Source of the DNA: the human T2T-CHM13v2.0 reference genome, Homo sapiens
Direction: 5' to 3' (one strand)
DNA length: 64,000 nucleotides
Assembly (NCBI RefSeq): GCF_009914755.1
Contig: NC_060929.1
Both the position numbers and the translations under genes were made by a program. Each line of letters starts with the position of its first letter. The first letter of the stretch is position 1. The notes below the pieces were generated by a model. It worked only from the letters and a program-made list of their open reading frames with translations. It did not search any database and was not told the DNA's origin. Positions 43,807 through 57,554 of this stretch are shown piece after piece.

Positions 43807-43821
43807 TAAAAATGTTTAAAA
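43477..43821 (+). mobile_element. AluY with (AAT)n tail
   Basis: Diagnostic 'gagatcgagaccatcctggctaacacggtgaaa' and 'gagaatggcgtgaacc'; TSD aagaga(c/a)tgcttcc at 43462-43475 and 43822-43835. Confidence 0.95.
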
Positions 43822-45019
43822 AAGAGAATGCTTCCTAATTGAAATAACTGTAATCTCCACAATAAGGCTCCAGTATGATTGAACAACAGGTTGTATTTCT
43901 TAGAAGAATGGGCAGGGCACAAGGAAGCAGGACCACACGGTTGAAGGAATGAGTGGTGTGTGGGGAATGACAGACTCCTCAGAAGAAGTCTGGAGGAATG
44001 AAAAGGGAAGGGCCAGGAGAAGTCCTACACTCATAGTTTGTTCCTGAAACAATAAAAAGATTATATGGTTTAATAAAATAGGTTCTAAAAGTGTGTTTTT
44101 CTCGATGATCATATGTATGTCAGAATTATATATTAACTTCAATTCACAAAAGAAAAGTCCTCACAAAACATTTGGCAGTTCTTTAACAAAGTGTAGTTTC
44201 ACTTTACGTAATTCAAAGATCATTCACATGTAAGATTTCAGCTTTTTCTCCTGTTTAATTGTTACAATTATGTATTAATGAAGAAAAATTAACCTATCTA
44301 AATTAACCTATCTTTATTATTCAGCAGCGAGGCTGCAGTTTAGATGGGTAAGAAATCTGCTGTCATAGAATAGAGATAAAAGTAATTACACTTGTGTATT
44401 AATTGGCAAATTAACTTTATGTGGTCAATATTGTTTTAAACTTCATGCTTAATTATTTTATAGGTACATGAGTTTCCTAAAGAGTATGAGACGCTATGTC
44501 TTATTTGACAGATGAAATTTTGGAGTTGTTGAATTCTCTATTAAAGCTTTCAAGGAAATACATTTTGTTTACCTTTGCTGCATTTTTGTTCTAATTGAAT
44601 TGTCTACACAATAAAAAAAATTACCAGTTAATGTATGTAATTCTCTAAAATAATTTGAGTGAAAATTGTTTTTTGTCTAAATAGCCTGAGGTTGGCTTGC
44701 ATATTTAGAAAACAAAATAAGCCATGGTTTCCACAAGCATATGTTTGCATTGATATGTTTGCGTGTGTCTAGTAGATAAAAAACCCAGATGCAGAAATCT
44801 CTTAATTTTAAAATGGGTGATTGATCTCAAGAGCACACAGCATTAATTTATTTTCTGAAATTTATCATGAGCACAGATTATAGGCATGGATTTTACCTCT
44901 TGAAATTAAAAAAGGAATTGAGTATTTCCAAATTATGTTAGTAAACTGAAAATGTTTGTTTACTTCTCCTTTTTCACAATTTCATTAAAATTATTTTAAA
45001 AACATATTTAATCAATTTT

Positions 45020-47800
45020 TTTTTATCTTGGCAATAATGGACTAAAAGGGATAGGATTTGACTTCACGTCTTAAACTTCTAGGAAACAGGACAAAAGGTA
45101 TTTAACAATTATTTTCAAGTGTTTAACAACAGAGGACACATGGCTGTGACTCCTGAAAAAAGGAAAAGTATGAAGTGAATCCTAAGATTGTCCAGGCTTC
45201 ATGCCACAAGGCACATTCTGAGCCACAGGGCAGGGGGGAAATAAGATCAATAGACTATGACAGTCTTACTAAGCTGAGAAGACAAAGATCAGAGTTCATG
45301 GATACAGCTGGAGGTTATAGGATAGAGTTCTGAAGAAAGAGAAATAGTTAAGAAAAAGACTCAAAATCTGCATTTCTTTGAAATTTATTGAATACTAAGA
45401 TATTGTGTATAGGATAAATCTCCACAAGGTCATGAAAATGACAAGCTAGGAGCTGATTGGTTTCCAGAGTTCACAAAAGGCTGGGAATTATTTCTGTTTC
45501 TACCAGATCAGAGAGTCCTCAGTAATCAAATGTAACATGCACTAGAAATCCCAGAAGGGTCATGCCTAAGTAATGGTGATAAATTACCCAGAGAGTAAAT
45601 GCTGTTTTAGATAATCCTAAAAAAAACACTAAAATAAACCTCCTAATGATAATATAGAACTGAAAGTAAATGAACAGTTTACCAAAAAGAAAAAAAAAAA
45701 GCCCTTTTTTTAAAGTATACAAAACTCAGTATTCAGCAACAATAATAAAAAAGTATTAGACTTGCTAAGACTTAGGAAATTATGAAAAATAACCAAGAGA
45801 GTGAAATAATAGAAAGAAACCTGGAAATAATAGAGATGGTAGAATAAGCAAATACAATAAAACAGATACTAAAAGTTTATCAAAAAAATACGTGAAGCTA
45901 GTGAAGATAAAAATGAAAGATGTTTTAAAAATCATTAGTATATAAAATTAAAATCCAATGGATAGATTAATTGCATTTTTAGACCTTGAACAATAAATTA
46001 TTAGTAAACTTGAAGACAACGCAATGGGAATTATTGAAAATTCAGCATAAACAGAAAAAAAATGCAGAAAAAAGAATGAAAACTTTGGTAATCTGAGAGA
46101 TGATAGCATGTGGTTGATGTGTAATTAAAGTCCAAGAAGGACAGGGTAGGAAGATCAAACATTTTCTAAGTTTGATGAATAATCAAAACTTCAAAATCCA
46201 TATATGGAAGAAATTCAATCCCCAAGCAAAAAAGAAGGACAAAGATAAAATGTAACACATGCTTCTGGTGAGAAACTGTGTACTCAAGAAGACATGAAAA
46301 TACTATCTTTACTGTTAAAGAAAAAAATATTGTCAAGTAACTATACATTTTTATTGTATAGACATAACATTTGTTCTTTATCCATTGAAAGGATATGTTA
46401 AAATAAAGATTAAAAAAACTTTTCAAATAATAAGCTGAAATATAATTAACATCAGACTTTTACTATAAGAAATGTTAAAGTACAAGAGAAAGAAAAGAAT
46501 AACAGAAGAAAACATGGATGTGCACAAAGAAATAGAGTGCCCAAAATGGTAAATATGTAGACAAATAAATTAAAAAAATTATGCCAATTTTCAATTTGTA
46601 AAAGAGAATAAATTGTAAATAAACTTAAAAATAATGTATTATAGGAGACAAGACATATGTAGTACTAAAATATTAAATCACACAAAGGAAGGAAAAAATT
46701 GAAATATAATCATTAAAATTATCAAATTAGACATGAAATGGTACAATGTTAGTTGAAGAGATATATTGACAAGTTTAAAAAGTATATTTTAAAGTTCCAA
46801 GTAATCACTAAAAAAAAAAAAGTGACTAAAACACTATAGCTACAAAGCCTTTAGTGGAGATAAAATATTTGAAATACTCATTGATCAAAACATACTCACA
46901 TAATCCAAATATTTAATCTAATATAAGGCAGAAAAATAAGAAACAGAAAAAGGGAGAAAGGTGGTAAATAGGAAACAAATGACAGGAATAATAGATTTCA
47001 AACAAAACATTGCTAATTTTATTAAATACAAATGGCCTGAAAACCCTCATTAAATAGTATTCATTGCCTTATTGCATTAAAAAGAACTAATTATATGCTG
47101 TTTATAAGAAAACAATGTTTAATATGAAAATAAAGATATGTTAAAAATAAGTAATGAAATAACACACAAACACTAATTATAAAAAATCTAAAGTGGCTGT
47201 ATAATATAATTCAAAGTAGACTTCACAAGAAGAAATGTTACCAGAACAAAGAGAGGCATTTTATATTGATAGAAGCATCAATTCAACAAGCAACTATAAT
47301 AATTTTACATATGGGTACCTCCAATAACTGAGCTTCTAAATATATAGAAGCAATAACACAGAAAAATAAAAGGAAGGAGAAATGGGCACATCTCCATTTG
47401 TAGTTGAAGATGTCAACATTCCTGTCTCATTAATTGATATAGAAATTAACCAACAAATCAACATGGATATAAAAAACTTGAAAAGCACTATCAAGCAGCT
47501 TCACACTATGGATAGATCACTCCTCCTAAACTAAGAGAATATACAATCTGTTTAGGATACATAGGAAATTCATCAAGCTAAACAACATGCTAAATGCCAT
47601 AAAAATAATTTTTAAAAGTTGGTACAGTACAGAGTTAATCCCTGACCAAAGTGGAAAAATAAATAAATCATTATCTGATAATGCTTAGCAACTAAACAAA
47701 ACAGTTATAAAATAATTCTCAGGCAAGATACCCCATTTGAAGTGAACAGTTGCAGACAAAAATGGTTAGAAAAATATTGAAGTAGAAATTAAATGCACCA
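45020..47800 (+). mobile_element. Old L1 (L1ME/L1MD-type) 5'UTR-ORF1-ORF2 start, degenerate
   Basis: A-rich; 'attagtaaacttgaagac', 'tatatgctgtttataagaaa', 'caaagtagacttcac...accagaacaaagagaggcattttatattgata' resemble the L1 EN region. Confidence 0.7.
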
Positions 47801-48309
47801 ACTAAAGTCACCTCTAGCCAAGATGGATTTGAAATCATGTTTATTAAATCTTTCAGAAAAAAATAATTAATATTTATTTGAACCTTTGTAAAGAGATATT
47901 TTTTCAGAAAAAAATGGAAATCATTTAATTCAGTTTTGAATCTGCCATCTGTTCTGTAACATTCCAATTAGTTACACACATACTCAGGTAAAATGAAAAG
48001 CTTTCCCCACTTATAAATATTAATGAAAATTCCCCAATAGATTGCTAACAGCTTTAATCTAACACTGTATTTTTCTAAATGTACCATATAAAATTTATGT
48101 TAGAAATGCAAGTATAGTCAAAGAGGGCAAATACAACAAAGTGATTTGGATTTAATAACCCTATTAAGACTTGATAAAATAAAATGGATGTGATATACAT
48201 ATAAGATACACTGGAACATACATATATCTCTTTATTTTTGAAATACTCTAAAATAGAAACTTGACAAATTAGTGAGCATGTTTCAGAACCTATTCCTACC
48301 AATTTTTCC

Positions 48310-51060
48310 CCTTCTGACAATGACATAGATGCTTCTATGAGACCAAGCCTCCTGCATGCACAACGGCTGTAAATTCTGGATAAAATGAGAAACCCAAACA
48401 CTCACCTGAAGCTACTAGAAAATGAACAAAGCACAGAATCTAGTGGATATTCTGCACTTGAATGAAAGGAACGACACTTCATGAGTCCTGGCCTTTGGCC
48501 TGAAAGCAGGCCACAATTGGCACCATGGAGAACAATACAAACCTACAGTTTTAGTGGCTTGAGAAACCAGAGGGCAGAATTTGGGGTAAACAGAGCAGCT
48601 GGAGCGTAAGAGGAAAAACACAGAAAGAACGAAGCCAGTGAGGTATTAACGTTATCTACTGTTAAATAAAAAATACAGCCAAAACTTATTTAAAAAGAAC
48701 AACCATCATATTTCTTCCTTCACAATTCTGGGAGTTGCCTGGGCATTACTAGGCAACTCTCTCAAGGTTCTCTCATGGGGTTGCCATTATATGGTGGCTG
48801 GAGCTGCTGTCATCTCAAAGACTGTCACTCATGGAACTTGATGTTAACTGTTGATTGATATCTCAAATGGGGCTGCTTTCCAGAAGGCAGTCTCAGAGCA
48901 TGCGGTTTGCTCCAATAAGAAGCATTCTAAGAAATAGTACATGGAAACTGTATTACTTTTTACCACCTACTTTCAAAAGTTATACAGCATCACTTCCACA
49001 TGAGTCACAGGCCTGTCCAGATTTAAGGGGAAGGAATATAGACCACTGCCTGTTGATGAGCAAGTTTCTGCATCACCTCGTAAAAAGCATATGTAGGGTG
49101 GTGGTGTGGTAGGTAGAAAAATATACCCCCGTGAAATGTGATAATCCCTGGAGCCCTGGAACCTGTGAATATGTAAACTTCCATAGCAAAAGAACTTTGC
49201 AGATGTGATTAAGACTAAGTTCCTTAAGATGGGAGATTATTCTGAATTATCCAAGTAAACCCAAACTAATCACATGTGTCCTTAAAGGTGAAATGCCCTT
49301 CCTAACTAAGATCAGAGATAGATGTAACTATAGAAGTATAGCAGAGGGTCAGGAAGGTGCAGCAGTGCTGGCTTTGAAGATGGAGAAAGGAAACCACAGT
49401 GAAGGAATGTTGGCAGCCTCTATAAACAAACAAACTAACTAACTAAAACTAACTAACTAACTAAAACACATAGGATATTTTATTTTGCCACAGAGGTATA
49501 GCCTCTGGATATGGATTCTGTGTAAATTATAGCTAACCCCTAAGCTATGCATGCATTGAGCAGACAATGAACAGCCTAGCTAAGAATAAAATAATTGAAG
49601 AGACATTCCACCTCCTGCCCATCTGAGGGATACAGAGTTTACAGTTTAAGTCCAGTCAAAGTAACTTTCTACGAAAGAAAATAAATAGATACTTTTCAGA
49701 GGAACAAAGGAAAATCAAGGATCTCTGCTTAATGTCATTTACAAAATTGGGAATGCAAGTCAAATTTAATAGACATGTAAACAAAAGAGAATTTGGCCCC
49801 TATTAACAGAAAATGTTCTGAATGTAAATTAATTATGAGATGATTCAGATGTAGAATTAGCAAACAAGTATTTTAAAGAGGCTATTATACACATTGTCAT
49901 AATTAATGACTGTAAAGAAAGCCTCAGCAGAGAAATAAAAACAGAAAAATATCAAATGAAAATTATAGAACACAATATATTCTGTAAAGTAAATCTATGG
50001 AGTTATATACAGATTGAACCTAACAGAAAACAGGTCATTAAATTTGAAAATGGGCCAACAAACATCATCATATATGTAGAACAGCAACAAAATGAAAAAA
50101 GTTAACAGTGTCAATAACTTTTAAATCAATATCAAAAGGTTTAATAACAGTATAATTGGAGTAAAGTACCAGAACTAAAAGATAAGGGGATAAAAAAAAA
50201 ATATTTGAAGACAGATGGACAAAAGTCTTCTAAACTTAGGGGAATACTTTAAAGATTCAAGAAACTCATCAAGGTCTAAGCAGATAAATACAGAGAAAAT
50301 GTCATCTAGCAAAATCATAGTCAAATTGATGGAAACCAAAAATAAAGAGAAAATCTTGAAACACAGAGAAAGCAGCATATCATATTCAGCAGGTCCAGGA
50401 TGCAAGTTACATTTGTCGTATCTGTAGAAACAGTGAGAAACAGTATCACTGAGAATACTCTGTAGAGCAAAAACATCCAGCAATAATGAAAGTCAAATGA
50501 AGATATTTTTTGATAAAATAAAACTAACAAGATGTGTTGCCATAAGAGATACACTAACAGAAACAACCAAAAAAACTGTTCAGACTGAAAAGAAATGACA
50601 CCAGATGAAAACTCAAATCTTTAGAAACAAAAATGATCACCATATATGATAAATCTATGAATAAATACAAAAATAGACTATTCTCTTTATAGTTTCTTTA
50701 AAGCACATACAACTGTTTAATACAAAAGGAATAACAATAACAACTCATAAAATAGTTTTGTGCAGTTGTGTATGTAAATGTAATGCATATGACAACTACA
50801 GGATAAAGTAAGGAAAGAGGGGGATAAACAAATCTTTTAGTTGCAAGGTTCTTAAATTTTCTGTGAACTGCTTTAATAGTAACTGCATTGTAAATTGTAG
50901 AAGTTAAATTGTAGATTGCAATCTTTAGAGCAATACCTAAAGAAATTATGCAGAGTTATAGTGCAAACACTATACATTAAAATGGAGTTTTAAAAATGTA
51001 TATTTAACCCGAAAGAAAGTAGTAGAAGAGTAAAAAGGAATTAAAATAGAAAAGGCAACA
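48310..51060 (+). mobile_element. Second old L1 (L1ME-type) 5'/ORF1 remnant with MaLR insertions
   Basis: 'atcatagtcaaattgatggaaaccaaaaataaagagaaaatcttgaaa' (ORF1-like IIVKLMETKNKEKILK). Confidence 0.65.
49105..49425 (+). mobile_element. MLT1D-like LTR (partial), followed by (AACT)n
   Basis: 'ccctggaacctgtgaatatgt...actttgcagatgtgattaag...ttaagatgggagattattctgaattatcc...gctggctttgaagatggag'. Confidence 0.8.
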
Positions 51061-54000
51061 CTGGGTACAATTGCAGATATGTTTTATATGTTTTACATTC
51101 TAAGATTCCTATTTATATTTCTTATTTCTGATTCTTATGTAATTGCACTTATGAACTTTTAGAACAATTTCAGCTAATAAAAATCAGCCTTTATTGTTTC
51201 ACAGTTTTAATGGGAATATCTATAATATTTCATGAATATCATATATCCATTTTTTAATTCCAATCCTCCTTCAGAGTTATTATTAAGCACATCACATCCA
51301 AAATTCAGGTTGCCCTTATGAAAAATGTAAATATTTGTAAATTCATTTCATATAACTTTTTGGAATCTACATAAATTGTGTTAAAAATCAACACGTGCAT
51401 TATCTTTATGCATTTTGGGGGGAATACTGTTAAATGATGATTGGATATAAAAAGAAGCTGAGAGATAATAAAGGAAGACCACATCTTAGAATGTTTCTCC
51501 TTTGGCATCTGTGAGGAAGAAGGGAGATGAGACTACTGTTAAGAGAAGCTGACCATTCCAACTACAGTTGGATTGGAGCAATGAGTATAGAAGAGAAAAA
51601 GGCAGGATTCAATATTTTCAGAGATGCAAAAAGCTAAAACCCAACCATCCAAATAAGTAAAAGTCTGCCTAGTTTTTCTCTAAGAACAGAAACAAAATGG
51701 TAAATACTGGGTAAAAATGGGGTGGGAGATGTGATAAGATGAGAAAGGACCACAGGTAAGCATCTGCACATCAAGATTGTAAATGCAAAATAATGTAAGA
51801 CCTAGTGTTTCTCATTGAAGACCTTTAGTGGGAATTCACTGATATTCCTTTTAGTGTGCTGCTTAGTGAATCAAATCTGAAGTCTATTAAGGCTTTCATT
51901 GATTACTCTTGCTTTTTCTGGCTATTTTCTCTATGAGATCTCAATTACCTCCAGTGTAAATTCTCCCACCACTGAGGTTAAATAGAAACATAACTTGAAT
52001 TAGCACTGTGGCACTAAGTAAATTGCACACTAAGGTTGGTATTCTTTAAGGAAAAATTAATACACAAAATATTTCTAAAAGTACAAGCAAAATATAAGAT
52101 ACCACAAGAAAGAATGTGGTGCCCTGGGTCTGATGAAAGTTGCTGCAGTTACTGCTTTTGCTCTGAATAGGCAAAGCAAGGGGCCACGTGTTTACCAGAA
52201 CCAAAGCAGAGAGGGGGTTGTGGGGAGAGAGACCCTTTTGGGAAGTGGGCACTCTGTGTGAAGAGGGTGACCTCGGTGGAGAGGTCCCCTAGTATGGAAA
52301 AAGTCCCCTAAATCCAGAGAGGGTCACCTTCATGCAAAGAACTAACCATGCAGGGAGAGAGGAGCAAGATTAAATACCTTGACTTTGCTTCCTTTCCTTT
52401 GTTTTCTGGCTAGTGCTTCCATCAGCCAAACAAAGAAAAGACCTTGTGCATTTCATCCATGGAGATCCCGCTTTCATGAGCAGACCAGGGAGAAGAATGA
52501 AGAAGCCGATCTAGATTGGCAAAGGGCAGAATCCTTCGTATTTCCCCACTGCTGGGGAGAAATCTTGATTCCTAGAAAAACTCTCTCTTCAAACTTAAAC
52601 AGTGCATAATTTTTGTAATGAATTAGAAACAGTGTTTCTATACAGTATGCCAGTTTTTATGCATTTTGACAACTTTCAAATAATATTAACTTGATTACTG
52701 ACTAAACGAATCAATTTATTTAGGAAAAATATCTTGTTCAAAATGTAATTCTCTATGCCATAATTTAGTTCTGTACTATATAGTTATAACTTGTCTACCC
52801 AGTATAAAAACTGACAGTTTTCATGATGATTTCTGAAATTTGTAATATAAATTTAATTAAAACCTTATATTAAATGTAAACAATTTATGTCACACATTCC
52901 CTCACATATGCCAATGAATTTATGTGGATATAATGTGTATATATATGTATATATGTAGAAAAATTTCTGCATTTCTTTCTAAATCTGTTTTATGTGTTTT
53001 CATTTCTTCCCAAATCTCTTCTTACCCATTAAATTTTGTTTCTAGATTGCTACCTCAGAACAGTTCATACGTCTTTTTTAGTTGATGTTTTCATTTATGT
53101 TAAAATAATTTTTTGGTACATAATCCTTTCAAGTCTTTCATATGCCTTTGAAAGCTTCATTAGATCTTCTTAGGCCACTAGTAAATTACTACTTCAGTGC
53201 ACCAAATGGTGCCCTTATCACCTAAAATAGATTCTACAGCTTCTGAAATAGTTCAACTTGCTCTCAATCATTTCTCAGTGAGAGGCTGTCTGTGAGAAAA
53301 AAATAGCACAATTAATAGAACGTTATTATTTGTCAGTGATTATGTTTTCTGCTCTAGGTGGCAGCTTGGTTCATCAGTGAATTCATGGAGATCTCAAAGT
53401 AAAAGGTGAATATACATCTCTGCCAAAGAAAGCAGACTGTCATTTACCTGGCCCTCTTCCATGAAAACAGGATGTGCAGGTGTAAACATAGAACTAGGGA
53501 CAGAAATCATATGGAAGTTCCCCTAGGCTATGCGATGACCTGTATACCACTAGACATGGGTCAGCAGAGGGTTTCAGAAAAATGAAGAAAATGGAAAATT
53601 CTTAAATTCAGCACAGTCCTCAAAATTTGGGAAGAGGCCTCTGTAATGAGGGTAAAATGTATATAGGACAAATTGAGAAACTTTAAACACATAAGAAACA
53701 CAATTTTAAATAGTTGAACAAAACGGATTTTGCGCATACTGATATCAGGGAAGTATTTCTAAAACACAAATTTGCAGCAGATTATTCTAAGGCTATTTGC
53801 CCTTTAATTGCACAGGGCATTGTTTTCAATAATCAAAATCTTTCTCCCAAATAGGGAGTCAATAGAGTTCACTTCTGTGTAAGGACTTCAAAGGACCCAG
53901 AGACACATTCTGCCCTAGAGAATCTTCCTCTCTAGGGGAGAAGAGAACGCACTTATAAATATATTTGAGAAAAACATGATAAATGTTATTGTTACATTGT

Positions 54001-56988
54001 TCTCTAGAGGTGGAGCATATCTGTTGGACTCACATGGGTTAGCCCGCTCTTTTAGCCTACTCCTTCAAAATAACATAGATTTCATTACCAAAAAAATTGA
54101 CTATTTTGGTTTCTAATGAGGAAAGCTCTTTAGTTAAATAAGGGGAAAAAGCCTTGTGGAAGTTTTCACCACTGGTTAAGATAAATTAAATGTGTTTAAT
54201 TGGAATATGGCACGTACCTTATGATAGGGCTTGAAAGAGATCAAGACTAATTATACTTCCCAGTTCCTACAACTATGTCTGCATTAACGGGGAATAAGTC
54301 AAACAATTTGAAGACTCTACATAGCTTAGGATTTCCCTCCTCAGCTATGTTAATATCCTTTATGATGTTTTATTTATTTTGTTTGTTCATTTATTTATGG
54401 AAATAAAACAGACATTAAACCTAGCATGTTAAATTTTACTTCTTTCTGGTAAGCTACAACAGAAAGTTGAAATATATAAACTCAGATTTGGATAGTATCA
54501 AGAATTCCTAAAGTGGTGCCACATAATTACACACAAATGGCTAAACTCTTCACACTGAGATGTGCCTGTGTTTCGCACTGAATAATATATCTTAGATGTT
54601 TTTCCCTAACAGCTGTTACAGATCTACTTCATTTATTCTGACAGCAGCAGAATAAAGATGTGCTATAATTTGCTTAACTAACACACACTTGATAGAGAGT
54701 TTTCTTGAAACCAATTAATTAGTTTTGTTTTATATTAAAGCAATATTAATGAGCATGTTTGCACATGTATTCAGCAAATATTAATGACTATATTTTGTAA
54801 GTAAATTCAATTAGACTGTTTTATCAAGGAAAGGTACCTTCTCCAGTTTGGGTGGATATTGACAAATTGCCCTCAATAAACTCTACATCTTTTACACATC
54901 TTTTACCATTATGTAAGAATTCCTGCTTTCCACACCCTTGATAATATTGACAGTCACAAAAATTAACATAGTTGGAATAGGAAACTTTACTGAGTATATA
55001 ATTATTTGATTCTTCCCTAAGAAATTTCTGGCATGATCAAAGTAACATACTACTAAATAAACACTTTTTTAAATCTTTTATATTTATTAATAAGTGATAT
55101 GCACAGAAAAGGTGGTAGAAGAAAAGAAGAGGTAATTTCTAGAACCCAGTTGAAACCCACACAGACAACATATCCCACAAATATCAAAAGCCACCTGTGA
55201 TCACAGCCAGATGACTATACTGGGAGATAGTTTGCAGAGCTGTATTGTTAGCTCAATCAGTATAAAACTCGGAAGAGATAAGTTAAATTTTTTAGAGTAC
55301 AGATATGGTGAGGTCAGATTTTGGAATGGTCGTCAGTAATATGACAGCACCTGGTAGGCAAAGAATAAGAGTGCATTACTCTTTATGACTCCTCTGCCTT
55401 TCTTTATTCTAACATTCCTTTAATGTTTCTTTCTGCTTCACACACAAACATCCATTTATTTATATATCATCTCTTTTTTCTTCTCGTTTTCATTCCAAGC
55501 TTATTTCATCTTTGATATTATTATCCATACTACACACCATACCCACAGTCTTACAAAAAAAATTATTGGAAGATTAGTCTCATGACAGTTCAACTGATTC
55601 TACCAATCTACTCCTTAAAAGAAAATAATGACAACAAACAATCATTTTCTTTTGCTCACTCCTGCCTCAAAATAGCTCTTTATGGTGAGGGTGAGATATA
55701 CATTCAATACACACTTAATTTGACAAGATCGGGACTAAATTGCTTTTCTGAGTAGTCCTGATTACAGCATATTGTGCTAAACTGTTATGTCTAACTGTGT
55801 AATCAAATACACTATAAACCATCTTTTCTCTGAAGTGTGCCAATGTCATACAAAAAGGAAATGGATAAGAAATATGCAAGTACAAATTCAAGCACTTTAC
55901 TTAGGAAACACACAAATGATGTTACACAGAGCATTTCATCCAGAATCTGATCAAATAAACCTTTAAACACAGAGCTGGGTAGACAAAGCAATGTATTACA
56001 CTAGCACAGCTTTATGAAACCCCACAAAGACAAATAGAGGTCATCTCAAAACCTGGCAATTTATGCAATGTGTGTGGAGTTAGATATGTCAAGTGCAATT
56101 TTCTAACAATAGATCTAATGGAGTAGGTATTATAGACATCCACAGCGTATTCTAATGTGTCAATTCTCTAGAATTAACCAGGACCTCTTTTGAATGAAAA
56201 TATTAGGGACTTCTTTATTCACTGACAAAGATTCTAAGACTTCATTATTTTGGTTTAAATACATGTTCTGAGTCTTTTTATCTCATCAGTTGCTCCCATG
56301 AATTAATTTAGTTTGAGCAAATGTAGAGAATGAATACAAGCCCTCCAAGTCAAGTTTAGTAGACGTCAGCGTTTTCACGAATTGTTGTCAGGTATGTTAA
56401 AAAGAGCAACCATTTTTGACCTCCAAAAGGCACTAAAATGAAGAGTATATAATTACAATGTCTACTTACTACTTCCTTTAGATCAAATTTATATCCTTGT
56501 ATATTTAAACGATATATTCAGCCATAAATCAAAACCTCTCTGGGATAAGGTCACTGAGGGATGGAAAAGGACCCCCAAAAGTTAGGTAGAAAAAATGTGG
56601 TGATTATTTTCCAGGGACATCTTTGCCAGTGGCATAGAATGCTACTAAGTTATTTCCAAAGCATAGAGTCAAGATAACATGAAATGTTTGAGGGTACTCT
56701 TGTGTAGTGAAAAAATAATTGATTTAGCTGTAAAGAGGAGGGATTTCCACTACGTTCTTCAGAATAACTTTCTTTGTGATTGTCCAAAAATGACATCATA
56801 TTTTTAGGTTTCAGTTGTACTTACCTAAATACCAATCATTTTTAAGATTTTCTTTATCTCCATAATAATTTAGTTTTATATATGGATCTATCAATATAGA
56901 CATTTTGATAAACATATTATTTTCTCATCTAAAATAATGGCATAGATCACACTTTGCGTAAATTTTTATAAAAATGTTTACAACTTCA

Positions 56989-57212
56989 GGCCAGGCACGG
57001 TGGCTCACGCCTATAACCCCAGCACTTTGAGAGGCCAAGGCAGGCAGATCACCTGAGATCAGGAGTTAACAGGCCAGCTTGGCCAACATGGTGAAACCGT
57101 ATCTCTACTGAAAATACAAAAATTAGGCTGAGGCAGGAGAATTGCTTGAACCCGGGTGGCGGAGGTTGCAGTGAGCCGAGATCGCACCACTACGCTCCAG
57201 ACAGAAAAAAAA
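56989..57212 (+). mobile_element. AluS with two internal deletions in the right monomer
   Basis: 'aaaatacaaaaattag|gctgaggcaggagaa' and 'ctccag|acagaaaaaa'; TSD core caacttca at 56981-56988 and 57217-57224. Confidence 0.9.
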
Positions 57213-57554
57213 GTTGCAACTTCACCAAGAGATAGTAATTTATTAAAGATTTTATTTTTAATAGCCTATACTGTCCCAAGAACTGAGTTGTAGTGGATTT
57301 TGTGTATAAGCTTAAGCAGATATGGTTTTTCATGCAGAGATTATTGTAAATACAAGAATTTCAATAGATGCAGGATTGATAACAATGTGAGTTCAAAATA
57401 TGAAAAGAAATATGCCAGTAAAGACTCATTTTGAGTAAAGAAAACAAACACGAAAACAAGAACATTTTAAAATCTTTAGACTACTATGACTAAATCTATG
57501 TATAGCTTATAAAGATGAAAGGGCTAGTAAAAAGTATGTATATTTCATTAGCAC

